Of a stretch of DNA of 64,000 bases, positions 9,682 through 18,020 are shown piece by piece. Position 1 is the stretch's first letter, and every line of letters begins with the position of its first letter. Source of the DNA: Myxococcota bacterium (lineage in GTDB: Bacteria; Myxococcota_A; UBA9160; PR03); assembly GCA_041611735.1 (NCBI GenBank), contig JBFIML010000019.1, positions 1,863 through 65,862 on the forward strand, in the 5' to 3' direction. The notes beneath the pieces are model-generated. The model saw only the letters and a list, made by a program, of their open reading frames with translations. It was not told the origin of the DNA and did no database searches. The position numbers and the translations under genes were made by a program.

Positions 9682-10076
9682 GCCCCTGGCTGCGCTGGGC
9701 CGCTCTCGGAGCGGCCCTTGCCGCCGCGACGACGCTGACGAGCCGCGCGGGTCTGCTGGGTGACCCGATCTCTCTGCATGCCGTGTTGCTGGGGGCCATC
9801 GCCGCCGTCTACGTGGGCTTCGCCCTGGCAGACGGGCGGCTGGGCATCGTCACGGCGGAGGCGATGGTGGCCCTCGCATTCCTGGGGACGGCGCTCGCCG
9901 GCCTGGGTCTGGACCCCGTGTGGATCGGGATCGGCCTCGCCGGGCACGGCGTCTGGGACGTGCTGCATCACCCGCGCGGGATCCGCACCCGGATCCCGTC
10001 CTGGTATCCGCCCTTGTGCGCCGTGTACGATTGGATCCTGGCGGCGCTCTTCCTGGCCGGCGCGGCCCTGCGATGA
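9672..10076 (+). CDS. membrane protein, function unknown
   Basis: ATG at 9672 overlaps the ICMT 3' end by 10 nt. Four TMs. Confidence 0.5.
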   Translation: MDLGPWLRWAALGAALAAATTLTSRAGLLGDPISLHAVLLGAIAAVYVGFALADGRLGIVTAEAMVALAFLGTALAGLGLDPVWIGIGLAGHGVWDVLHHPRGIRTRIPSWYPPLCAVYDWILAALFLAGAALR

Positions 10077-10537
10077 CCGCCGGCGGGGGACGCGGCCTTC
10101 TTCTGGGAGGGGTCTTGCTCGTCACGCTGTTCGGATGTGCCGGGCGTCGACCCGGCGACCTGGGCGTCCGAGGCGCGCGGCTCGCACCGTGCCCGTCGCG
10201 TCCGAACTGCGTCTCGAGCGACGCCCCCGACGCGGGCCACCGGGTGGGTGCCTTCGCGCTCGCCGTGGAGCCGGCGCGCGCCTGGCAGGCGGTCCGGGAG
10301 GCGGTGGCCGAGCTGCCCCGCACCCGCGTGGTCACGGCCACGGACGATTATCTGCACGCCGAGTGCCGCAGTGCCCTCCTGGGCTTCGTCGACGATCTCG
10401 AGCTGCACCTGCGTCCGGCCGAAGCGGTCGTCGCGCTGCGGTCGGCCTCGCGCGTCGGCTACTCGGATCTCGGGGTGAATCGGCGTCGGATCCAGGCGCT
10501 CCGCCAGGTCCTGCGCGAGCGCGGGATCATCCGGTAG
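10073..10537 (+). CDS. DUF1499-type lipoprotein
   Basis: ATGA overlap with the upstream gene. Lipobox 'LVTLFGC'. 'PNCVSS...DDLELHL...RSASRVGYSDLGVNRRR'. Confidence 0.7.
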   Translation: MTAGGGRGLLLGGVLLVTLFGCAGRRPGDLGVRGARLAPCPSRPNCVSSDAPDAGHRVGAFALAVEPARAWQAVREAVAELPRTRVVTATDDYLHAECRSALLGFVDDLELHLRPAEAVVALRSASRVGYSDLGVNRRRIQALRQVLRERGIIR

Positions 10538-10593
10538 GCCGCTCGGTCGATCCGCTGCGGCCGTCCAGCAGGCGGCACAGGTGCCGCCTCCCG

Positions 10594-10683
10594 GCTGGCC
10601 CGCGCAAGGAAGACGCGGACCGTCGTGCCGCCGCCGACCTCGCTCGAGAGCTCCAATTCGAGCCCACGATACACTTTGAGCAT
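10594..10683 (-). pseudogene. relic of a histidine-kinase C-terminus (last ~30 aa of HATPase_c)
   Basis: The minus frame reads 'LKVYRGLELELSSEVGGGTTVRVFLA'. No upstream kinase sequence remains, because the space is occupied by tspO on the other strand. Confidence 0.3.
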
Positions 10684-11182
10684 GGGCATTCGTGAGGAGA
10701 GACCGCGCGGATCCGTCCGCTCGCCGCTCGCCTTCCTCGCATTCCTGGGCCTCGCGTTCGGGGCCGCCGCCACGGGAGCTCTCTTCGAACCGGGCGAGTG
10801 GTACCGAGAGCTCGCCAAGCCGCCCTGGACGCCCCCGGATGCCGTCTTCGGACCGGTCTGGACCCTCCTCTACCTGACCATCGCCGTGGCGGGCTGGCTG
10901 CTATGGCGCCGGCGCGAACTCCCGGCTGCACGCCTGGCTCTCGGGCTGTGGGGGCTCCAGCTGGTCCTGAATGCCGCCTGGTCCTGGATCTTCTTCGGCC
11001 TGCACCGGCCCGGTGCGGCCCTGGTCGAGATCGGCCTTCTGCTCGGGACGGTCGCGGCGACCCTTGCGGCGGCAGCCCGGGTGCGACCCGGGGTGGCGCT
11101 GCTGCTGGCCCCGTACGCGGCGTGGGTCGCCTTCGCGGCGGCCCTGAACTTCGCCATCTGGCGACTCGCCACGGCGTCCTGA
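10682..11182 (+). CDS. tspO: TspO/MBR tryptophan-rich sensory protein
   Basis: 'WYRELAKPPWTPPDAVFGPVWTLLYLTIAVAGW...LNAAWSWIFFG...LLLAPYAAWVAFAAALN'. Confidence 0.9.
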   Translation: MGIREERPRGSVRSPLAFLAFLGLAFGAAATGALFEPGEWYRELAKPPWTPPDAVFGPVWTLLYLTIAVAGWLLWRRRELPAARLALGLWGLQLVLNAAWSWIFFGLHRPGAALVEIGLLLGTVAATLAAAARVRPGVALLLAPYAAWVAFAAALNFAIWRLATAS

Positions 11183-11286
11183 GTCCGCAGTCGGGTCTTG
11201 CCCGGACCCGCCCTCCCCGAAAACCCTCAAGCCATGCGCAGGAGGCGTCGAAAGACAGGGCCCGAGCACGGGAAAAGGAGGCCCCG

Positions 11287-13164
11287 CTGGCGGCGCAACC
11301 GACCTCTCGACTGGGCCGGGCGGCTCTGTGGGCCGCGCCGGGCGCTTTGCGCATCGCCCTCGCCCTGGTGGCGATCGGCGCCTTCGTCGCGTTCTTCGAC
11401 TACTCGCCCCGCATCGTGGCGAGTCACCTCGTCCTGGTGGGTCTCTGGGCGCTCACGGAGACAGCGCTGCTCGGGTTCGCCGCCGCGGCAACGGCCCGAC
11501 GGCTCGGGCGCCTGCTGCTCACCCTGATCCCCACCGTCAGCGTCTGCGCGCTCCTGCTCCTCTACGCCGTCGACGTGCTGACGAACTGGATGTTCGGTCA
11601 GAATGCGACCCTCGCCTTCCTGCTGACGTACGCCCGCGAGTGGCGAGGTCTCCTGGCGTCCGTGCCCTCGTCCGCGGCGCCGTGGGCTCTGCTCGCGCTT
11701 CCCCTCCTGGCGGGTCTGTGGAGCCTCCACCGGCACTGGGCCACGCGCATCCTGGCTGGCCTTCCGACCGCCCCCCGTGCGGGCCTCCGACTTCGGATCG
11801 TGGCCGCCGCCGCCGCCCTTGCGCTCGTGCACGCCGGCGCCGCCACGGCCCTCCGGCATCGCATGCAGATCGACGACGCCGAGCGTTGGATCGGAGAGCC
11901 GCTCAGCAACCTCGTCCTGCTGGACCGCTGGATGTCCTTCGCGGACGATCCAGAGCGTGTGGCGCGCATGGAACGGGAGGCGGAGCTGGCCCGTCGCTAC
12001 CCGGCCGGCCCGCCGGGCCGGGGCGACAACGTGATCCTGATCCTCGTGGACTCGCTCCGGGCGGACCATCTCCCCATGTACGGCTACCCGCGAAACACCG
12101 CTCCGTTTCTGAATCGGCTCTACGAGACGGGGAAGCTGGAGCGGGTGGAGTGGGCCTTCTCCAGCTGCTCGGAGTCCTTCTGCGGCATCCTGAGCACGCT
12201 CTCCTCCAAGGAGTACCCGGCGCTCACCCGCCGCGACTTCCGCCTGCCGGATCTGCTGCACAAGCGCGGCTACGCGGTCCATTTCCTGCTGGCCGGCGAC
12301 CACGACTGGTTCGGCCTGCGGGACGCCTACGGCGACCACGTGGACCACCTGCGCCACGGGGCGCAGGAACCTGCCTTCGGGGCCTTCGACGACCGCGTGG
12401 TGCTGGACGGCCTCGACGAGCTTCCGGCCTGGGACCGCCGTCCGCACTTCTTCTTCCTGTTCCTGATGTCCGCTCACGTCATGACGGACAAGGAGGAGCG
12501 CTTCCGGGTCTACCGTCCCCAGCAAGCGTCGATCCAGTGGGGCTCGGTCGTCCACGGGGAGTACGACCTCCAGCCCATCCGCAATCGCCACGACAACGGG
12601 ATCCGACAAGCGGACCATTACATCGCGGAGGCCTTCCGCCGCCTGGACGAGAAGGGCTATCTGGAGCGTGCCCTCGTGCTGATCAGTGCGGACCACGGCG
12701 ACGGGCTGGGCGAGAAGGGCTACTACGGCCACACGTACAACCTGTTCAACGAGGACATCCGGGTTCCCCTCCTCGTGTACTCCTCGTCAGGGCTGCGCCT
12801 CGCCAACCGTGACTTCGCCAGCCAGATCGACGTGGCTCCGACCCTCGTGGACGCCCTGGGTCTCCCGATCCCGGAGACCTGGCAGGGCCGATCGCTTCTC
12901 GCCGGGGAGGCGAGAACGGCGAGCCGGCATCACACGCCCCGCAACCACCGCTGCCAGGCGGTCCTGCTGCGCGAGGCGGGAGAGATCTGGAAGTACCTGC
13001 GCTGCACGGAGCCCCTACCCGGCCGAGGTGACGAGATGGTCTACGCGCTGCGCGCGGACCCCGCCGAGGAGCAGAACCTGCTCCACGAGCTCCCGGACGC
13101 GTTCGTGACACGCCTGGGGAGGCTCATGGCGGGCGACGCCCCCTCCCAGGGCATCGGCCACTGA
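11287..13164 (+). CDS. membrane-anchored sulfatase / LTA-synthase-like (alkaline-phosphatase superfamily) protein
   Basis: N-terminal TMs are followed by 'VILILVDSLRADHLPMYGYPRNTAPF' and 'LVLISADHGDGLGEKGYYGH'. The start is uncertain: CTG at 11287 lies 6 nt after 'aaggag', and TTG 11347 and GTG 11368 are alternatives. Confidence 0.8.
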   Translation: MAAQPTSRLGRAALWAAPGALRIALALVAIGAFVAFFDYSPRIVASHLVLVGLWALTETALLGFAAAATARRLGRLLLTLIPTVSVCALLLLYAVDVLTNWMFGQNATLAFLLTYAREWRGLLASVPSSAAPWALLALPLLAGLWSLHRHWATRILAGLPTAPRAGLRLRIVAAAAALALVHAGAATALRHRMQIDDAERWIGEPLSNLVLLDRWMSFADDPERVARMEREAELARRYPAGPPGRGDNVILILVDSLRADHLPMYGYPRNTAPFLNRLYETGKLERVEWAFSSCSESFCGILSTLSSKEYPALTRRDFRLPDLLHKRGYAVHFLLAGDHDWFGLRDAYGDHVDHLRHGAQEPAFGAFDDRVVLDGLDELPAWDRRPHFFFLFLMSAHVMTDKEERFRVYRPQQASIQWGSVVHGEYDLQPIRNRHDNGIRQADHYIAEAFRRLDEKGYLERALVLISADHGDGLGEKGYYGHTYNLFNEDIRVPLLVYSSSGLRLANRDFASQIDVAPTLVDALGLPIPETWQGRSLLAGEARTASRHHTPRNHRCQAVLLREAGEIWKYLRCTEPLPGRGDEMVYALRADPAEEQNLLHELPDAFVTRLGRLMAGDAPSQGIGH

Positions 13165-13269
13165 GGCCTCCCGTCCCCCTGCGGATCCCGCTTCTCACCC
13201 CCCGCCGAAGCTGATAGGCTTGGGGATCGGCCCGGTTCGGCGAGGCGCGACCAACCCTTCCAGGACGGT

Positions 13270-13725
13270 ATGAGAGAGCAGCCCGGCCTGCGCAAGCGCA
13301 TGGAGCTCGAGGCGCGCCGGATCTCGAGCCAGCATCGCCAGCTCGACGCCTTCTTCGCGGCCGTCGTGCGGGCGGCCCGCAGCGGTGTGCCGGCGGACGC
13401 ACAAGGCGCCTTCCTCCGCTTTCGCGATGCCCTGTACGCCCACTTCAGCCTGGAGGAGCGGACCGAGTTTCCCGCCCTCCGCGGCCTGCGTCCCGATCTC
13501 GGGGTCGAGCTCGACGCGCTGGTGGCGGCGCACGCGGCGTTCCAGGGCGAGCTCGAGCGCCTGCGCCTCTCGCTGGCGGCTTCGGACGGCGAGGCGTTCC
13601 GGCGCCTCGACGCCCTCGGTGCGCGGCTGGCGGCCCACGAGGAGACCGAGGAACGCCTCTTCGAACAGAGCACGCGGCGTCCCGGCCCGGACGGGAGCAC
13701 GACGACCGATCGGAGGCCTGCATGA
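13270..13725 (+). CDS. hemerythrin-like domain protein
   Basis: 'HRQLDAFF...FRDALYAHFSLEERTEFPAL...AHEETEERLF' has spacing typical of a four-helix cation-binding hemerythrin. Confidence 0.7.
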   Translation: MREQPGLRKRMELEARRISSQHRQLDAFFAAVVRAARSGVPADAQGAFLRFRDALYAHFSLEERTEFPALRGLRPDLGVELDALVAAHAAFQGELERLRLSLAASDGEAFRRLDALGARLAAHEETEERLFEQSTRRPGPDGSTTTDRRPA

Positions 13726-14603
13726 TGATGGCGAGCACGGGCTCGGCGGGGCCGGGCCCGTCTCCCCGCGTCCACTTCGGGGGCGGAGTCGCGGCCTATC
13801 GGGCCTTCCTGCTGCGCACCGAGGGCGCCGCGGACCCGGTCCGGCTGCGACTCGCGCGCCGCGAGGCCTACTTCGAGGAGCTGGAGGCCGAACGGCCCCG
13901 GGCGCGCTACCGGCCGGATCGCGATGTCTTCCGCCGCAACATGTACCGGCGCCGGCCCGAAGATTCCCTGGACGCACGCATGCTGTGGCTGCTCGCCACG
14001 GCGAAGATGAATCAGTCCGAACGCTTCGGAGTGGGCCTCGGAGAGCTGTACGGACGGGGGCAACGCCACTTCGAGAGCCAGCCGGAGCGCCTGTACGTGC
14101 AGCTCCAGGAGCACTACCACACGCGGATCCTCGCGGACGTGATCTCCATGTTCGAGCTGCCCTTTCCGATCGTGCCCCCGCCCCTCGGCCTGCGCACCAT
14201 GATCAAGCTGTTCGTGACCCTTCCCCATGAATGGGGTCTCCCGCTGGTCGGGGCAGGCGAGATCGTCGGCTGCGTGCTGTTCCGTCTGATGCGCGACCGG
14301 GGCGTGGCGCTGTTCGCCGCCGACCCGCCCGTGGCCAGCCGCATCCGCCGTCTCTACGACGAGATCCTCGCCGATGAGATCGGCCACGTGGGGTTCATCG
14401 CGGCCAAGCTCCCGCGGGCCGGGCGCTCCCTCACGCGCTTCCTGGCCCGGCGCGTGGTGTGGCGGCGGGTGGTCCGCGCCACGCCGGAGCTCGAGCGGCT
14501 GTTCGGACGAGCGGAGCTGCGCGGCCGGCTCACCCAGGAGTTCGACGTCGAGCGCGCTGCGCACGAATTCGCGGGACGAGCCTACGCCGCGGCCTCCATG
14601 TGA
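13722..14603 (+). CDS. ferritin-like di-iron-carboxylate-type protein (putative oxygenase), family unknown
   Basis: ATGA overlap with the hemerythrin gene. Two ExxH motifs ('LQEHYHTRIL', 'LADEIGHVGF') lie about 100 aa apart in a helical protein. Confidence 0.55.
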   Translation: MMMASTGSAGPGPSPRVHFGGGVAAYRAFLLRTEGAADPVRLRLARREAYFEELEAERPRARYRPDRDVFRRNMYRRRPEDSLDARMLWLLATAKMNQSERFGVGLGELYGRGQRHFESQPERLYVQLQEHYHTRILADVISMFELPFPIVPPPLGLRTMIKLFVTLPHEWGLPLVGAGEIVGCVLFRLMRDRGVALFAADPPVASRIRRLYDEILADEIGHVGFIAAKLPRAGRSLTRFLARRVVWRRVVRATPELERLFGRAELRGRLTQEFDVERAAHEFAGRAYAAASM

Positions 14604-15070
14604 TGGGCGGTAGCGGGGCCCCGAGACCCGGCCGCGCGGGCCCGTGCACCTTCTGCCAGATCGTGGCCGACGAGACCGATGCGGAGCGGGTCCTGGCGGA
14701 CGAAACGGCGGTCGCCTTCCTGGACCACCGGCCGCTGTTTCCGGGGCACGTGCTCGTGGTGCCCCGAGGCCACGTGCCCACGCTCGCCGAGCTGCCCGCC
14801 GCCGCGTTGGGGCCGTTCTTCGCACGGGTCCAGCTCCTGGAGCGCGCCGTGCAGCGAGCCGTGGAGTCCCAGGGGACCTTCGTGGCGGTGAACAACCGCG
14901 TCAGTCAGAGCGTGCCGCACCTGCACGTGCACGTGGTGCCTCGCAATCGCGGCGACGGCCTGCGCGGCTTCTTCTGGCCCCGCCAGCCCTACGCGGACGC
15001 CGGACATCGGGGGCGCGTGGCAGCGGCCATCCGGAGTGCGCTGGAGGCACTTCGCGAGGGGCCGGCTTGA
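14603..15070 (+). CDS. HIT (histidine triad) family hydrolase
   Basis: 'CTFCQIV' and the triad 'VPHLHVHVVPR'. TGATG overlap with the upstream gene. Confidence 0.9.
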   Translation: MGGSGAPRPGRAGPCTFCQIVADETDAERVLADETAVAFLDHRPLFPGHVLVVPRGHVPTLAELPAAALGPFFARVQLLERAVQRAVESQGTFVAVNNRVSQSVPHLHVHVVPRNRGDGLRGFFWPRQPYADAGHRGRVAAAIRSALEALREGPA

Positions 15071-15660
15071 GCCGCGCTGCGACCCTGGTAACCGCACGCC
15101 TGCGCCTGCGGCCGGCCACCTCGCAGGATGGTGAGGCCTTCCACCGCCTGTGGACGGATCCCGAGGTGCGCCGCTGGCTGTGGGACGACGCGGTGATTCC
15201 GCGCGATCGGGCCCTCGCCGAGCTGGAGCGCAGCACGGCCAGCTTTCGCCGCCGGGGCTATGGGCTCTGGGCGCTGCTTCACGTCGGTGCGGGCCAGGAC
15301 GCTAGCGAGGGTCCGCTGCTCGGGTTCTGCGGCCTACGCGAGACGCCTCGCTCCGACGAGGCGGAGCTGCTCTTCGGGCTGGCGCCGGAGCACGCCGGGC
15401 GTGGCCTGGCGACCGAGGCCGCACGTGGCGTGCTCGACCACGCCTTCGCGAACCTCGGCCTGGCACGGATCCGCGCCGGGGCCGACCTGCCCCATGTGGC
15501 TTCCTTCCGGGTCATGGAACGCCTGGGGATGGTCTTCCACGAGCGCCTTTGCGAGCAGGGTCGCGAGACCGTCTACTACGTGGTGGATCGGACCGCCTGG
15601 GAGCGGTCCGGCGCCGAGGCCGACCCGGACCGCGGGCGGCGCAGGGGGGGACGCACGTGA
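15067..15660 (+). CDS. GNAT family N-acetyltransferase (RimJ/RimL-like)
   Basis: TTGA overlap with the upstream gene. 'LRLRPATSQDGEAFHRLWTDPEV...GRGLATEAARGVLDHAF'. Confidence 0.85.
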   Translation: MSRAATLVTARLRLRPATSQDGEAFHRLWTDPEVRRWLWDDAVIPRDRALAELERSTASFRRRGYGLWALLHVGAGQDASEGPLLGFCGLRETPRSDEAELLFGLAPEHAGRGLATEAARGVLDHAFANLGLARIRAGADLPHVASFRVMERLGMVFHERLCEQGRETVYYVVDRTAWERSGAEADPDRGRRRGGRT

Positions 15661-16022
15661 TCGGACACATCCTCCAGGAGCCGCTCTGGCTCCAGGCCTG
15701 GGTGCTCTGGATGGGGCTCGTCAATGCAGCAGGCGTCCTCTTCTGGCGGCATCGGGAGGCCCGCGTGGTCATCGGCGTGTTCCTGGGCAACCTGGTCTTC
15801 ATGCAGCTGCTCTACACCGCGAACGGGTACAACCGGCTGCTGGGGCTCTCCCACGTGGTGTGGTGGACGCCCTTGCTCGTCCATCTCTGGCGGCGAGGGG
15901 TGCCGCTGCGGCGCGAGAGCGTCGCCGACCGCTGGCTGGCCGCACTCTTCGCCACCAATGCGCTCTCCTTGGTGATCGACTACGTGGACGTGGTGCGCTA
16001 CCTGCTCGGAGATCGCACCTAG
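15657..16022 (+). CDS. small 4-TM membrane protein, function unknown
   Basis: GTGA overlap with the GNAT stop. It is the last gene of a five-gene coupled run. Confidence 0.5.
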   Translation: MIGHILQEPLWLQAWVLWMGLVNAAGVLFWRHREARVVIGVFLGNLVFMQLLYTANGYNRLLGLSHVVWWTPLLVHLWRRGVPLRRESVADRWLAALFATNALSLVIDYVDVVRYLLGDRT

Positions 16023-16235
16023 GAGCCTGACCCGAGACTGGGCGCGACTTCCGGACGCCGATCCATTGCCGCTGCCCGCGTTGCGCTCGTCGTAGCGGCG
16101 CCATGGCTCGGTGGCGCGCCAGCCAGCGGGGGCCCGCCTGCGCTCGGCCACGCCTCGCTGCGCGGCGGCTTTCCGGCTTGCCCGCGGCGCGTCTCGGCGC
16201 CCGGCCCTTCCCACGCCAGTCTCGGGTCGGGCTCC
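16022..16235. repeat. 214-bp element bounded by 22/23-nt imperfect terminal inverted repeats
   Basis: Left arm GGAGCCTGACCCGAGACTGGGCG (16022-16044). The reverse complement of the right arm (16214-16235) is GGAGCCCGACCCGAGACTGGCG. There are 21 matches, 1 mismatch and 1 indel. Confidence 0.5.
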
Positions 16236-16243
16236 CAGCCAAG

Positions 16244-16272
16244 CAGGGGCCGACGCGTTGCGCCGGCCCCTG
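16244..16272 (-). terminator. GC-rich hairpin just downstream of the repeat-protein gene
   Basis: CAGGGGCCG ... CGGCCCCTG forms a 9-bp stem with an 11-nt loop, 11 nt after the stop at 16283-16285. There is no clear U-tract. Confidence 0.35.
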
Positions 16273-16282
16273 CCCCGGACGC

Positions 16283-16729
16283 CTAGCGCCGGTTTTGATG
16301 CCGGCGCACGTGCCGGTCGTGACGACGCTCGAGGCGGTCGCCCTTGCGATCGAGCCGGCGGTCGATGCGATCGCCCTTGCGGTCGAGGCGACGCTCGAGG
16401 CGGTCGCCCCGGCGGTCGAAGCGCCGCTCCAGGCCGTCGCCCTTGCGGTCCAGGCGGTGGGCCAGACCGTCCCGACCGGCCTCGCGGGCCCGCTCCGCGG
16501 CCTCGTCCAGACGATCGTTCACGTGCTCCCCGCGCCGGTCGAGCCGCGCGTCGATCCGGTCTCCGCGGCGATCGAGGCGACGGTCGATGCGGTCTCCCTT
16601 GCGGTCGAGGTGGCGGTCGATCCGGTCGCCGCGGTCCTCGACGGGCCCTTCGGCCCGCGCCGGTGCCGCCGCCGCCGCGAGTGCAAGCCCCGCCAGCAGG
16701 GCGGCAGCCGCAAGCTTGGTCTTGTTCAT
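16283..16729 (-). CDS. secreted protein built from Arg/Asp-rich 11-residue repeats
   Basis: ATG at 16729 follows 'gggagac'. Signal peptide 'MNKTKLAAAALLAGLALAAAAAPARA', followed by (D/E)R(I/L)(D/E)RRLDR(K/R)G repeats with 33-nt DNA periodicity. Confidence 0.65.
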   Translation of the reverse strand: MNKTKLAAAALLAGLALAAAAAPARAEGPVEDRGDRIDRHLDRKGDRIDRRLDRRGDRIDARLDRRGEHVNDRLDEAAERAREAGRDGLAHRLDRKGDGLERRFDRRGDRLERRLDRKGDRIDRRLDRKGDRLERRHDRHVRRHQNRR

Positions 16730-16916
16730 GTTCGGTCTCCCTTGCGCGAGGTCTCGTCCTCGCACCCCCTTCAACGCGCGGGCAGCCGCCGGGTTGCGCG
16801 AATCGGCCCGGCGGGTCGTCCCCCGGGAGCACCCTCCCCTGGGGACCGAGAGCTGCGCGCGCACGAGGCGGCAGGTGATAGGCTCAGCGGCGCATCGCCT
16901 GCGCGGGAGACCCTCG

Positions 16917-18020
16917 ATGCCCGACCGAGTGTTCCGCATCGGCTTCCTGGGCTGTGGCCGCATCGCGGATCTCCAGAGCCTCGGCTACCGCGAGCATCCC
17001 CACGCGGAGATCGTGGCGGTCTGCGACGCGAACCCGGAGGCCGCGGCCCGGCGCGCCCGCGACTGGGGGATCCAGCGGGTCTACACGGACCCCGAGAAGC
17101 TCTTCGCGGATCCCGAGGTGGACGCGATCGAGATCCTGACGCCCCATCATCTTCACGAGACCCACGCGGTGGCGGCCCTCGAGGCGGGCAAACACGTCTC
17201 CCTGCAAAAGCCTCCCACGCGGACCCTGGCGGAGTTCGATCGCGTGGCCGAGGCGGCCGAGCGCGCCGGGCGCGTCCTGCGGGTATTCGAGAACTTCATG
17301 CACTATCCGCCGCACGTGCGGGCGCGGGAGCTGGTGGACGAGGGGGCGATCGGGACGCCGGTCTCGGTGCGCATCAAGACGGCGGTGGGGCGGCTCGGGG
17401 ACGGCTGGACCGTTGGTCCCGGCAGCCAGGCCTGGCGGATGGATCCCGAGCGCTGCGGCGGCGGCCTCACCACGTTCGACCACGGCTATCACTGCTTCCA
17501 CATGGCGCGCTTCTTCGTGCCCGCCGAGGTGGAGCGGGTGCACGCCTTCGTGCACTGGACCCGGCTTGGCGAAGACGCGTGGGTGGACGGTCCGGCGCTG
17601 GTCTCCTGGCGCTATGCGGGCGACCCGCCGCGTCTCGGGAGCTGGGAGGCGATCCTCTCCCTGGGGATGCGCATCCGGTCGCGCTACTACGTGAGCGACG
17701 ACCGCATCGAGCTGCACGGAACCGAGGGTGTGCTCTGGGTGAGCCGCTGCACCGGGCAGCTGCTGGACGAGCCCGCCCTGGTGCTCTACCGGGACGGGGA
17801 GACGCGCGCCTTCCACGACCTGCCCACGGACTGGGGAGAGTCCTTCCGACGCGGAGGCGTGGACTTCGTGGAGGCGCTGCGCACGGGCCGCCCCCCGGCC
17901 CAGACGCCGGCGGATGCCCGCCGCACCCTGGCCCTGGCCCTGGCCGCGGCCCGCAGCGCCTCGGAGGGCAGGCAGGTGGCGGTGGCGGAGGTCGAGATCG
18001 GGGAGGAGGCAAGGTCGTGA
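16917..18020 (+). CDS. Gfo/Idh/MocA family oxidoreductase
   Basis: 'FRIGFLGCGRIA...EIVAVCD...IEILTPHHLHETHAVAALEAGKHVSLQKP'. Confidence 0.9.
   Translation: MPDRVFRIGFLGCGRIADLQSLGYREHPHAEIVAVCDANPEAAARRARDWGIQRVYTDPEKLFADPEVDAIEILTPHHLHETHAVAALEAGKHVSLQKPPTRTLAEFDRVAEAAERAGRVLRVFENFMHYPPHVRARELVDEGAIGTPVSVRIKTAVGRLGDGWTVGPGSQAWRMDPERCGGGLTTFDHGYHCFHMARFFVPAEVERVHAFVHWTRLGEDAWVDGPALVSWRYAGDPPRLGSWEAILSLGMRIRSRYYVSDDRIELHGTEGVLWVSRCTGQLLDEPALVLYRDGETRAFHDLPTDWGESFRRGGVDFVEALRTGRPPAQTPADARRTLALALAAARSASEGRQVAVAEVEIGEEARS

Noticed and set aside
16300-16640. 33-nt tandem periodicity that could be mistaken for a CRISPR-like or satellite array.
   Set aside because: The repeats are contiguous with no unique spacers, in-frame, and explained by the 11-residue protein repeat. 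No CRISPR array or cas gene is present.
16283-16730. A plus-strand reading of the repeat region ('LEAVALAIEPAVDAIALAVEATLEAV...') as an alternative Ala/Val/Glu repeat protein.
   Set aside because: It has no plausible start, RBS or signal sequence, and it is embedded in a 966-aa run-on frame. The minus strand has ATG + SD + signal peptide + a terminator-like hairpin. It remains formally untested.
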